From: Chrysomallon squamiferum
Taxonomy: Eukaryota > Animalia > Mollusca
Direction of reading: 5' to 3'
DNA length: 64,000 nt
Assembly (NCBI GenBank): GCA_012295275.1
Contig: CM022671.1
Coordinates: 682,001-746,000 of the forward strand
A program made the position numbers and the translations under genes. Positions 1 to 14,148 of this stretch are shown piece after piece. The notes beneath the pieces were generated by a model. It searched no databases. It was given only the letters and a program-made list of their open reading frames with translations, and was not told the origin of the DNA. The first letter of the stretch is position 1. Each line of letters opens with the position of its first letter.

Positions 1-86
1 TTACTGTCCATTTCTTCTCCCATAAAAACACACACACCCAAACATAATACATATCACACACACACACACCCAAACATAATACATAT

Positions 87-117
<31 letters not shown>

Positions 118-1307
118 AAAACATATATAAGAAAAATGCCTTGGTGGATTATTTTTCTTCTGTTAGACATTTTAAAGACTTCATAAAACTTCACAGATTT
201 ACAGTGAAAACAAATGTGTAAACCTGGTTATAGTGCCTGTAAGTTTTATTATTTGTTTTGTTAAGATGTTGTAAAGCTGTTTCTTTTGCCTGTAAAACAG
301 AAACAAATAATTACAGCTTTTGAGTTAGTGTTACCCCAGACATTGCCTTGTTTCAGTATCTCATAAAATCTCTTTCTTTGTAATATTTGGATGTGCAATT
401 TTTATTAAACAATTTATCATTAACCTCATCTAAAAATACTGCATATGCACCTTTTAAATTTCATCACAATGAATACTGTTATAATTCACATACAGTTTTA
501 AGCACAAAAATATTTTCCTGTTTCATTGTACTTTTGTTTTGATTGTGTGATACTTTCACAATATTTGCCAGGATATGTATAAGCTATGTGGCAACAGCAG
601 CCATCCATGTATAGAGCTGCAATGAGCCAAATTACCAGTAATCCACAATACACAATCCACAACACACAATACACATACACGATGTAGCATGAATACTACA
701 ATAGCAGTGGATATATTTTTACATAAGGATGCATTTACGCTCATACACACAAGTACGTCTACATAAAGATGTTTATTTTTGTGGTATATTTAATTACCTA
801 TTCATATGTACTGGTGATAAATTAAACATTTAGTCAGAAAATTTTATAGAATTAGTATCTGATAAAAGTTTGCCAGATTTTTTTAGTTACAAAAAAAAAA
901 TTAATTATAATAAAAGTAAAATAAAATAATGATAGTGCTGTAATTTACTCAGCCAGTGTGTCGGAGTCAGATCATTAATACAGTTTTTCTCTTCAGGTAA
1001 TAATGAATATTTCCACTCAGTGTCATTGATTATAAGCAGTAGCATGCAAAGAAAACCAGATTATTAAAATAAAATACTTTTTTTCAGCTATTAATAAAGT
1101 AAATTTAGTCCATTGAAACAGAGTTTTTTCAGTGTTGAATGAAATAATGGAGAAAAGAAAAACTGTTTGGATAACTGATATAAATGAGTAGAACAGTAAA
1201 ACAATTTTCATAACTAGTATTTGCTACAGAATTAAATAATAATAATAATAAGTTTATTATTATTATTATTATATTAAAATAATAATGATAAAGATTTTTA
1301 ACATATA

Positions 1308-1580
1308 AACAAACCTATTATGGCAACCTCTATTAAGTAGCCAAATACTTATTTTTTAAAACTGACTTGATTTAAGCAGCCACCCATTTTAACATACCAT
1401 TTTGTGATACTTTGTTTTAGTGGGGTTTTAATACAGGTTTAACAAACAGTCTGGTCTAATTAATAAAGGATATCCCAACCCAATAAAAACAGTATTTTTG
1501 TAGATCGATCTCCTTTAAGCAGTCACCTATTTTAAACGGCCAGTTTGTTTCAGGTGTTTTTTTAATGCAGTTTGAACTGC
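1308..1580. mobile_element. Two tandem decayed Tc1/pogo-type MITE relics
   Basis: TTTAAGCAGCCACCCATTTTAA...TTAATACAGGTTTAAC and TTTAAGCAGTCACCTATTTTAA...TTAATGCAGTTTGAACTG; both resemble AAACCTG..TTAAG.G.CCACC-type MITE ends. Confidence 0.38.
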
Positions 1581-4482
1581 CTCTAAATGCACACAGTCTG
1601 TTTTAATGAAGGTTATACTAGAACAACTGAAACAATATAAACATCAGTGAACGAAGACACACACAGGTTTTGAGTGTTCAGTATACTGGATTAAATATCA
1701 GCTAACACGTGAAACTGAATATATTTAAAATTGTTTTAATAACACAAGAAAATGCCAAGTGACTAATTATATCTGACATACTAGTAGCTGTGCATAAAGC
1801 TGAAAGCTGGCTGGACTAAGTTAATAACAGTTACAGTTTAGAACATGGGACTTGTAGTTTCCATAGGAAATACAGTTTGACTAGTTCTTTTTACTGAATG
1901 TATTAACAAAAATAAAAAAAAAAAAAAAAAAAATAAAAATAATAAATGAATGAATAAATAACAATTCTATTGTATATGTTTGTGTATAAGAAAATGAAAG
2001 AGAGAGAGAGCATAAAACTGAGTATGCGTGTGTGTGTGAATGAATGAATGAATATGTAAGTGTTGTTGAGAAATTATTCTGAACAGTATGTTTTTAAATT
2101 TATAATCATGAATTGAACATGTACATGTGTGTGTGTCGATAAGAGTACTTAAACTATTAATGTAAGAATTATCTCAAATGAAAGTTGTAAACATTTTTGA
2201 TAAATGAATAAAAATAAAAATACCCAAACAGAAATTATTAATATTCAGATGCAAGATAATAAAACAAACCATTCATTTTGTACACATTTTTAAAATGACA
2301 GTTGTGAACATTTAATTATTGATGTGTTTTCAGGTTACCTGTGTATAAATTGTACACAGCTGTTGCTATTTTTGACACTTACCTGTTTAAAACTTGTTTT
2401 GCATCCACATGGAAGAGTCTGTTTACTTTGTATTCCTCTGTCAAGTGAAAACCAGATAAAAATAAAAACAACAGAATTATAAACACTTCTCCAAAAACCG
2501 TTAGCACTTAATTTTCCCAATCAGCTGATTTGCGAATACTTATTCCTTCATTTGTAATATCCATAGCATTTGTAATTTTTACTTTTAAAAACAAAATAAT
2601 AAGAAAAATTTGGGGTGGAGGCAAAGGAAACTTTAAAAAAAAAAAAAAAAAAAATTTAATAAAAACAGAGAATAAGCCACTCTCTGTAATGTGTAATATA
2701 TCCAGGCTTTGCTCTGTGTGTGTCTAATTTTCTCTAGCACAGTGAGTGAGTGAAGTTTTACAATGAGCACAAACTGTCAGTGGCCACATTGTCCTTCTGT
2801 TCACTTGGAAACTGTTGGAGTAAGTGGCAGCAGACTGTGCAGTTAGTTCACACACACAGAACTGGCAGGCAGTAAGTGACTGTTTCTGCTGTTCAAGCCT
2901 CACTGCTGCCTCACTGCAGCCTCACTGAAGTCCACAAAGGTGAAAACTGAGTGTGTTGGAGCACTTGCCCCTTAACAGCTGAGCAGAGCTCTGTTGACGG
3001 AGCCGATGCTCTGATTCAGTGATGATGTCACTGCTGGCTGCCTGCCTTGTGCCGAGAAGAATTCGTATTCTTATCCTTCAATTAGGCAGAGGCCCAAGAT
3101 TTCCGCTACTGATCATTTTCACAGGTACCAACGCACCTTTCCATGGTAACCCACACTGAAACCAGGTAGTGCAAGTGGCATGCATTTGTTGTGTTTACAT
3201 GCTCAGCACTGCACCACGATGACTACAACTCTGATGATGACGATGATGAAACTAGAACTTTTTTTATCCAAGAGAGAGAATATTGAAAGGGTTTTTGCAG
3301 TGAAAGGTGTTCGTTGTAACAGGTGTTTGATGGGTCAATGTTTCAAATGTTGTTTTCTTCACAAACTTCAGGTAAGTTGATTGTTTTTAACATGGCACTT
3401 TTCAAAAATTTCCCAGTCTTTGAACGTGCAGTTTTAAATTTTTTAAAATTTTAAATATTTAATGGTTAAAAAATAAAACGTAAAATTTGAAAAACTTATT
3501 GTCAGTGTGTTTTTTTTTTTAGTTTGTTTTATATTTTTATTTATATGTTTATTTATTTTTGTTATTATTATTTTGTTGTTTGTTTTTGTTTATTTTCAGT
3601 ATATTTGTATGGGATGTATAAATAATAGTAATATAATAATAATATATTATTTTTTTATTATTTATTATTTTAAATGGTCATTATTTTGTTGTTGTTGGTT
3701 TTTTTGTTTGGTTTTTTTCAAAGAAGTATTTACTATTCATGCTGTAACTTGAGGCACAGTAATAACAGCTTATATTGCCATTTTATTTCTTTTATTATTA
3801 TTATTTTTCATCAGGGTTGCATTATTATTATTTTAATTAATTAATTTATTAATTTATTTTGATGTTTACAACTCAGTTTCCACTTAGAAGACTTTGAGAA
3901 CTTGTTATTATAGTGATTGAGGTTCCACTTCTTCAGTCATTAGTAATATATTTTTAATATATATATATATATCGTTTGTGAATTGTTTAGTTTTATTTTG
4001 TATTGTATTTTGTATATAATTTTTTTAATGAATAAGATTTTTTTTATTATAAAACTGAAAAAAGATACATCAGTTAAAAATAACAATAATCATTACCTGT
4101 AAAATTGCCATGAGCATAAATTAATCTTTTCTTTTTTTTAATCTTTAAAAAAAAATTGATTAATATTCTGTTTAAAAATCAAAATCATTCTATTAATGAA
4201 GTTTTTAGATTTAGTGATATTGTCATATCAATTTCCATTTTTTTTTTTTTTTTTTTTTTGATAATTTATTGTTTTAATAAATATAGTTTTAAATGCTAAC
4301 ATTTACTGGATAATCTTTCAAAATATAAATGTTTAATTTATGGTGACTTAAAAATTTGTTATATTCTTTATATGTGAATCTAATTACCCTGTTAACAATA
4401 TGTAATGAACATTGATTGTTTTGGTTTTTTTAATTTAGTTTTTTTTTTTTTTTTTTTTTTTTTCTTTTATTATGATTATTAT

Positions 4483-4533
<51 letters not shown>

Positions 4534-5486
4534 GTTTTATTTTATTCCAAGTGTTAAATAAATGTAATTTAATTACTTAGAATTATGTATGACCAGCCTG
4601 CTTGACAACTAACAATATTTAAATAGTGCTATGAAATTACTTAAATAAACCTCAGTTTTTATTTATTTTATTATTTTTTTTTTCAAACCTTTTGTTTTAA
4701 ATCTATGTTTTGTTTATATAATATTTTAAAAGGCTCTTGTACTATTTCTGTTTACATGGTTTGGAGTATTCTGTTGGGGGTGTTACTTCTGTCTCTGTTT
4801 TGTTATTTATTTCCATATAAATAGTATATATGTACAGAGATAACAGTGTCAAACAGAAAATAAATAATAAATAAATAAAAAATAAAACAAAATTAATGGG
4901 ACATACATATATCTTTCTAGTGGAGGAACTTTATGAGCATCTAATGAAAAAGTGAAATGACTTTCCTTTGTTAAGCTTCATTGGGGGAACATTATTTTAT
5001 ATGTCCTACTCTTGTTAACAGAATAGTTTCTAAACATTAATCCATTTTATCATTGTATATGTCACCATCATCTTCATCCCACCACATACAAAAATGTTGT
5101 CCCAGGATTCAAAATAATCATTAGTTTTATGTTGATGAAGATAACTGGTTTTAAGATGTATTTGTGTACAATAAAAATACTGAACAGAAACTGATGCCTC
5201 AGATGATGTATGCTTGAGGCTTATACAGCAGCTGTCACTGACAAGGAAATTATATACTCTGGAACACCTTGATTATCCTTTATTTAAACCAGGATGAGTT
5301 CTACATTGAATTACCAGGCTGTCAAACCAACTCACTTGTGTATCAGCAAGTTAATTCTTCTTTACAGTCATCATCATTATCATTACAGTGGATCATTATG
5401 TTGATTATAGGCACGTATTCTAGCAAATAAATTGTTTTTCTTTCCTATCTTCTGTTTTTATTTACTTTTTATTATTTTTTTATTTA

Positions 5487-5517
<31 letters not shown>

Positions 5518-5658
5518 TTAATTTTGATATGTATTTTAAAAAATTTGGAAAAGTATGGAATTCTCCTGTTTTGATTTGATTTTTATTATTTTATATTTCT
5601 GTTGTATATAAAGTGGTATCAGAAGTTTCAGTATTGATGTACATTAATGCTATTTATA

Positions 5659-5695
<37 letters not shown>

Positions 5696-8358
5696 CAGTG
5701 TAGAAAACTTTTGGCACTGTACATGAGTACTGAGAAATACAGTAACTGCAGCCACATTGTGATAATTAACAGAAGTTTAACAGAATATTTGAAAAACAAA
5801 ATATTTACAATAAAGTGATGCCATAGGTCATACACAGTTTAATACTTAATACACACAATACTCTTAATTCTCACATATACAAAGTGACCTCCTTCCCATA
5901 AAACAATGTACAACTGCACACACACAGACACACACACACAGATATTTATATCTACAAGTATTTTGGAGATACAGTTTATCTTCTTTTTTTTAAAGTTTCT
6001 AATATGTACGCAATATGAAGTTAGTCTTGTACATTTAGACATGCAGTGTCTGCCTTTTAACACAATAAAGACCTGAAATTACTTGCATGCAGTGATGAGA
6101 GCAGGTCTCTGCTAAGTTGCCTTGCTGAACAGATGTCTGCGAACTGCCACAATTCAGTGCTTGCAGATCACTGGGAAATCGTCCAGCAACTGTCTGTCTG
6201 TTGTTTGAAAACTAGTAATTATTGATGCTTCTAACATGCAATGCTGACTTTCTTCTTCTCCTCTTCCAAACTTCTGTTTTGTCTTGTGTATATAGCTAGC
6301 ACTGTCTTCAGTTTGGAAAAGTTTGTTGTGTTGGTATTATATTTAAAATGGGCCCAGAAGAGAAAATACATACACCTGAGTTAACATCACTTTATAGTTA
6401 GTATTTATAGCATTTTTCTAAAATATAACTTAGAAAAAGAGAAGATGTTAAAAGATGTATTCATTTCTAATAATTATATGCAAAATTTCATGTGTTCTGT
6501 GCACATGCATACTTATACAGACACACATAAGAGAAATTATTTTTTTATATATAGTTTCATTATAAAAATTGTAAAAATAACAAATATTTTATAACTTTTA
6601 TGTTAACATGTTTCTGCATGTTAAATTCCTAATTTCCTTTTTATTTTATTTCCTTTTTTATTATTTATTTATTTATTCATAAATCATTCATTTTGATTTC
6701 TTATTTAATTTTATTTTATATTTCTTTATTTTCTTATTTTATTTAATTTTATTTTTAAAATTATTTTTTCAGTTTCAACACTTGAACTTTGCATTTTAAT
6801 ATTTTCAGTGAAGAACATTTTTATATTTCTATTTTAAAAAAAAAAAAAATTTGTTGTGATAAACACACGCACACACACACACACACAGTCATATCTTACA
6901 CTGAATATTTGTTCTATTTTTAAATAGGTTACTTTATATGATATAAAGAATTTATTTTGTTTGTTTTATTATTAGATGTGAGAAAAACTCCATTTTGTAT
7001 TATATTTGAACAGACAAAGAATTTGTACTATAATAAATTATTATTCATTCATTCATTCATTCATTTTTTTTGCTATTATTTTTATTGTTACTTCTGCTTT
7101 TCATCATCATAATCATTATGATTATAATTATTATCATTTATTTATTTATGTATTTATTTATTTATTTAATATTTTGTATTTGTAATTAACAAAACATAAT
7201 AAAAATTCTATATATATCTGAATGATATATCACAAGTGATGTTTTAATGATATTTACATCATATTATTTTAAATCTGTTTAAAAATGGTTGTTCATTCTC
7301 TGTTCTTCATAAAAAATATTTTAATAATATACTCCATAAATATTCATAATTCTATAAAACATATTTTTTTGCCTCTGCACTAAAGTGCATTTTGAAGCCA
7401 ACTATTGACTTTAAGAGTCTGGAACAAGTTTGTTATTAGAAACTTAGCAAGAGCTGTTGCATAATTAAGATGAATGGAGAAAAAACCCTTCAAGGTGATT
7501 TCTCTTAGGAAATTCAAGTGGTGTGGTTATCATTCAAAGACATCCCCTGTTCCTAGTGCATCCTGTCTGACTTCATACTCTTACTGGTGTCCACATTGAT
7601 TTTCTTTCTATTTAAAATCACACAAAACTTTTTAAAGATTTCTGTGATCTTTTCACTTGTGGACATGTGTAAATTATCCAAAACAATCCAAAATATTTTA
7701 ATATTGAAAAATATATGTAAGTCTGTCTCTTTTTTTTCCTTTTGTCTCTCACTCATTATCTGTCTTTTTTCTGTTTCTCTTTTCCTGTCTCTCTTTCCTT
7801 GTTTTGTTGTTTTTCTGTTTGTTTTTCTCTTGCTATGTACAAAAAAGTGAGTGAAAAAAGAAACATATTTTTTGTAAATTCAGCAAATTTTTAATATTCT
7901 ATAACACTGAAACAACACTCATAATAAAAGATGAAATTTGCCTCTTTCATACAAAGGCCATATATATATATTGTACATAGCTGAGGTTACTAAATTTTAT
8001 ATTATGAAAATATTATGCTGGTATTAAATTGCCTATTATATATATGTGTATGATATTTTAAATTTCCTATTACATGTATGTGGTGTTATAAATAATATAT
8101 TACATGTGTGTGATCTGTATTGTATTATACCTGGCAGGTATTTCAGATTCCTCTCTACATGTTTCATGAGTCAGAATTCTGTTGTCTTACCTACAACTTA
8201 TTTATATGTATCTTATCAGGAATTTTATTAGATTATCCAGATTCTTTAATTTTTTTTTTTTTTTTTATAAAAAATTTGTATTCATTTAATTTAACATTCT
8301 TTATTATTAAATTTTATTATATTTCAAATTTTTATCTTTTTCTTTTTCTTTTTTGAAA

Positions 8359-8371
8359 GCTATCTATCCAG

Positions 8372-8451
<80 letters not shown>
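8359..8451. repeat. Compound (TATC)n(TA)n microsatellite
   Basis: Read directly from the sequence. Confidence 0.93.
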
Positions 8452-8454
<3 letters not shown>

Positions 8455-8920
8455 TTATTCTATATCCAGTAATTATAAAATCTGGAAAATAGTTTTTCTT
8501 GGTATTTTGAATGTGGATTTGTTTATCATACCTTGATGCATTAGAAAAAAATGTTACATTTTTACAGTTCTGTTTGAACTACCATACAAAGTGAACCAAT
8601 AAAATAACATATCATATACTGAATGTCAAGGTATGAAGATGATGTGTTTAAAGTTTTAACTCTACAGGTATGTAGACCCATGTACTAATATTTTAAGCAT
8701 ACGGGTAAAATGACAGGTATTTAAATTTAATTATGCAGTTCAGCAGACAGGTATTTATAATGTGAAAGATAATGATCAATAATGAGATGACAGCTGTTGT
8801 CACTTTTTGTGTTGATATAGATTAGTTAGCTGAATAGTTCAGTCATTTGATAATATCTGTCTAAACTGAACTTTCTTGTTAACTGGATTCAGTTCATTTA
8901 TTATTATTATTATTTTATTA

Positions 8921-8973
<53 letters not shown>

Positions 8974-10316
8974 GTTTTTGTTATTGTTATTATTATTAAA
9001 AAAAAATTACCATTTTTTTATTTTTACAATTTATTTATATTTTAATATATGGTTAATATCAGTTTTTATTTCATTGTATATTTTCTAAATTTTGAAATGA
9101 GAATATCTTATTTTTATGATTATTTACCTGATTTAAATAATTTGGAATGGGAAATTACCTAATGAATAAGCCTTACAACTTTTACTTATCACCTTTCTCA
9201 TTTATTATTTTATTTTATTACATTTATATAAAAGCTAAACACTCGTTTTTTTAATGACACAATAAGCACAGAAATAACTAAACACATGTTATTTTAAATG
9301 GACACTCCTGTCACTAACTTTCATGGATTTTCAGGAAGAGTTGATGCCAGGATGGAAATTATCACATAAATCAGCTTATACATTACACTTAAATTTAAAT
9401 CAAGACATCCTTTTCCAAAATTATACAAGGAGTATAGGTTGGAATGTGAAAGCATGTTTTGTCACTTCTTTGGTTATTTTCTCTGTCTGAATTGAACACA
9501 GACTGAATTTTGTAGATCTTCTTCCCAGATTGCATAAGGAGTTCATACTAGATTGGGAAATAAGGTTACAAATCATTTTACAATCCATTACTGATAATGC
9601 TGACTCTCCTAACACTTACTGTCATTGATTTTTTACTCAAATTACATAAGAAGTATTTTATTTTCTCCACTTTAATTCAAATTGGTTCTTTAAAAAGCAA
9701 ATCTTCTCCACCTCTAAAACAGTAATTAGAATGTAAGTATATGACTGGGATACAGGAAACAAGAATGAAAAGCTAGATTAAACATCTAAAGATGAAGTAA
9801 ACACTTCCAGATGTAACTTGTTTGTTAGATGGATGGCCTAGACTGCAGTGTAAGCTTCACTAATTAATTTACCTTCCGACATCTTGTACTGGCGCGTGGC
9901 TAGAACTCTAGCTGGTAACAGGAATCTTGGCAGGTTTTGTTCAGCAGAAAAAATAAATAAAGAAAGCACCAATTGTTTTATGTTTTAAGAAAATGAGATG
10001 TGTTGTAGTTTAAGGGATTGTTTTCAGTGTAAATACATAAACTGTTTTGTGTGTATGTATAAGCATGTGGTGTTGAATATGGGGTGTGGTGTGGGTTGAT
10101 TTGTTGTGGGGGTGATGTAGTATGTGCAAATAAATGTGTGTATATGTGTACATAGATAGTCTGAGTATTACCTTTTAGTTTTTAATATTATCATATTTAT
10201 AACTTTTAAAATATTTCTGTTTTTAATATTTTAGTAATAAACACAACTAAACTTTAATTAGCTTGATAGGACATTTACTAATAACTGACAGTATCTACAA
10301 AGGAACATATTAAATA

Positions 10317-10409
10317 GGTCATGATGACAAAGTCCAACAGAGTCTTTCATACAATCTTGCGTGATTAGGAGTCCTTCATAAATAGATGTTTAGTCATGTT
10401 TAACTGACC
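10317..10409 (+). ncRNA. Candidate intronic box C/D snoRNA
   Basis: GGTC-ATGATGA (box C)...CAGA (D')...GTGATTA (C')...CTGA (box D)-CC with GGTCA/TGACC terminal pairing; sense to the DCP1 intron; no guide target identified. Confidence 0.3.
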
Positions 10410-11470
10410 CACAGAGGAAAGATTACAGTAAGATAAAGTTTCAGTGGGTTCAGAAAATATAACTAGTTTTGTGTTGGCTTTCGTGGAAAAAGCTACTTTC
10501 ACTTTTGATATTATTTTCCTGGAGGTAGAAAGTAAAAGTAAAAAGCTCAAAGTCAGTTTTGTATTCATCTTACTGGATTATCTCTTAATTTCATATTTAA
10601 TATTAAAGTGGAATAATTCTGACATTTGGTAAGAGGTTGTTTTTTTTTAATCTTTTTTTATTTAAACAGATTTAAACTTTTATGTTTTAAAATTCTGCTA
10701 TTGGACAAGTATGAACAAACTGAGAGACCTGGAATGTTCAGATTATCATTATTCATTACTAATATTATATTTATTAAATATTTTTGATAAACATTTCATG
10801 GATCATTCTTTCAAGGGCAGTATTTGAATATTTGGTTTTGTATTCGTATGAATATTTACAGTCATAATTACGTGGGCATATATTAGTTACTATGTTTATG
10901 TTTCAGGTAAAAGGAAACTTTATGTTCTTGTGTTATTCTTGTGTTATTCTCTGAAATGATCACTTGCTCTTTTCACCTCTTTAACACCCAGAAAAACAGT
11001 AAACTCCAGAACCTACTAAAAACATAGTAACTCCAAAACCAGTAAAGTTAAAATACACAGAGTTTACACCAAGTCCACACTAGTTGTTTCATGAAAAAGC
11101 ATGATGGCATTCTTTCAAGATTTCAAGCACTTGTTTAGCACTGAAACGTTGTATGAAAATAAACACCCAGTTTGGTGAAATTAACACTATCAGCTTCCAA
11201 GGCTCACTGAAGGTTTAATGAGTGATAATCCAGTAAAAATCTGCTGAAAATATACAATTTTCACTAATAACACTGAGGTGCACATAACAAGCAATCTGAT
11301 CACAGACTGAGCAGTTTGTATTTCTCTGTCAGTTTTACCTTACTGTTTGTGGAAAAACAATTACTCCATGAAGTTAGAAAATGTAAGAGTTTTCCTTTTG
11401 CCTTTAACTATTTTTCCTTGGTGAATACATACATAAATTTATACATTTGTTTATACACATATAAATAAAT

Positions 11471-11515
<45 letters not shown>

Positions 11516-11579
11516 TTAAACACATACATTAACCTAACCATCCATGCATGCATACCTACCCATATAACCATGCACACAG

Positions 11580-11610
<31 letters not shown>

Positions 11611-13788
11611 AATATAATAATATAAAAGCCTATGATCATGTTATTTATAGCTATTGAAAATTTCAGTTCTTTGTAGTTGGTCCCTGTTTGTACCAGTGTT
11701 AACTCAGGAGTTTACTGTGTTTTTGAAATTAAGAAAGTTTTGTGTGTGTGTGTTAACAAACTCCTCACAGAAGAGTTACTTAATATTCTTGTTCTGACTG
11801 ATACCTTCCAATTACATTGCTTGCTACAAGTAAATTCTGCTGTTGAAAACCAATTACAGCTGAGAATTTCCTACCTCCTTCATGTCCCACACAAAGCCAG
11901 CCTTGTTAGAAAGAATTAATTCTGTCTGTGAACAATTACTGCTGATTAAATGAATGAATGAATAAATAAATGATTAATGACTCATATTTTTGACATATTG
12001 TATCATACATTTGTGTTTTCTATCACATTACACAATGGAATTGTATTAAACGTTATATTAACCAAACAAAAAAAAACTATTTGTGTTAAACATAAAAATA
12101 TTAATGGCTATTTGGTTATTAATTCTGCAGTTTCTTGTATAACAATGATATGAAAAGAGAAACATCTTTAAACAACTGTGGTGATGATTAAAAGCCAGTA
12201 ATCTTTTAAACAAGAAAACATTGCAGCCAGTCTTGACACACTGGCTGGAACCTGAAGTGGCCTTGTAAGTGCTCTAAGCAGAACTGATCCTTGATCCTTT
12301 ATAACTTTACCAGTTAAACTACAGCTAGTGACGGAAAAGAAGGGCTACATGGGAGCTTGGTAGTCTCCTGCTTTTCAGCTTGTGTCCAGTTTATGTAGTA
12401 GCACAGAATCAGAGATGTTTTTATAGCAGAGCAGCTGCACAAGTGGAAATATTTTATTACAAATATCTGCAGATTTCAGATTAATGTCCCCTTGTGAAAA
12501 TGAGAGCATCTTAAGAACAAATGATAAAACACTCAGCTTATCTTCTCCTTCATTTTTCTAACCTCAGCTTCAGCATACGCCTAGTTCCTGAAACCCATCA
12601 CTGGCTGTAGCATAGCTTTAATGAAAAACATTTATTGAAGATGATTAATGTTTTGAGGAGTATCAACATTTTTTACCAATACATGTACTCCAAGTAAAAT
12701 TATATTCTGGAGAAGTTGTTACTAAAATAGATATGAAGTCTTGGTTTCTTTTCTCTTACTTTGGTTCCTCCCACCTATGGCTGAATTATCTTTGTGGTAA
12801 AACAATTACTGCAAATTCTCAGAATACATACACAAGAGCATGCAGTATCAGTGAAGAAACCCAGTGCCAAACTTCGTTACCACAGACAAAATGGTTCTGT
12901 CACGCTGGCATGTAAACACAGGGTCTTTCATTGACATCTGGAAAAAATTCTGTCTTCTTTGCAACCCTTCTGTTTTCTTCACTTTTCTCTTCTTTTTTCT
13001 GATCTTTTTGTGCCTGGCTAATTTCGTTTTAATATTGGGGATATGGTAAAAGTGGTCTTTTTGTAATCATGAAATTGATACTATTGTTTGCAGTCATTGT
13101 AAAGTGGTTACCCTAGTATGTGGAAGAGATTGAGTTATTTTTTAATTTACAGCTGTATGATACTTTGGGGAAATAAAAAGGAGTTTAGTGGTTCAGTGCT
13201 TCAAAAACGTTTTTTCATTTCATGTCTAAATTCAATACTCGGATATATACACATACATATGTACTTAGGAATTGCACACCCATGCCTAAATCCACATACA
13301 GATACTTCCTATATTTCAAAATATCTTTTATTTGTATAATGCTCACCCAAAAATAAGGTTTTCCAATATCAAGAAGTTGTTTTGATTTCTTAGCAAAGTA
13401 ATATTACTTAGGAACACCTATGCTTCTTACAGAACTCTTTAAACATGCACTCTTGCTAAAACACTAACTGGAATATTTAAAACAGTACATGTCCAGTGGG
13501 AATCAGCAGAAAGATATTTTTGGAAATGAAATTACTTGACCATTTGCCGAGAATAGATTTCTGTAGCCAATTTGATAAGATGAATTCAGTGTAAAAATAA
13601 ATCTGCTGAAATGTTCTGTCTTGTCTTTGTCAAAATAGATTTGTTTTTGTTAAAAGTTGAAATCTTTTTTTAGAACTTGACGTTATTAACAGTTAATTAT
13701 TATTAATAATAATGTCAATAGCAGTAGTGATGTACTAATTATTGTAAAACATTTATCATTATTATTATTATTATTGTTATTGTTTCAG

Positions 13789-13916
13789 ATCAGCGAGTCC
13801 ACTGTTTGGGTTTATGATTCTTAATCGACTTGGACTCAACAATCTCATTGAGCCAATCACCAAAGACCTGGAGTTCCAGGTTCAAGACCCGTTTCTGCTG
13901 TACAGAAATGCTAAAA
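13789..13916 (+). CDS. DCP1: DCP1 exon, EVH1 domain (first coding exon found in window)
   Basis: tgtttcag|A TCA GCG AGT CCA...AAT GCT AAA A|gtaag; SASPLFGFMILNRL...PFLLYRNAK. Confidence 0.95.
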
Positions 13917-14117
13917 GTAAGAACAGACTGATTTACCATTCAGTGTAATAATAACAGTGATATATCTTACTTATACAACATATTTAGAGCCATATTCAGT
14001 ATTCACTTTAATAGCTGTCAGTCAAGTAATAATAATAATAATATATTTTGTTTTTGTTGATTAAATGTTGTTGTTTTTGTTTGGATATTATTATTATTAT
14101 ATTATAAAACAGGATCA

Positions 14118-14148
<31 letters not shown>

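Noticed and set aside
4980-5006. ATTGGGGGAACATTATTTTAT (IGGTLFY) as the missing DCP1 IEGTLFVY exon
   Set aside because: No in-frame acceptor or donor and no EKT motif; the true exon is probably upstream of the window
12223-12400. Short hairpins (CAGCCAGT-8nt-ACTGGCTG and AAAAG...CTTTT) as a possible H/ACA RNA
   Set aside because: No properly placed H or ACA boxes and the stems are too short
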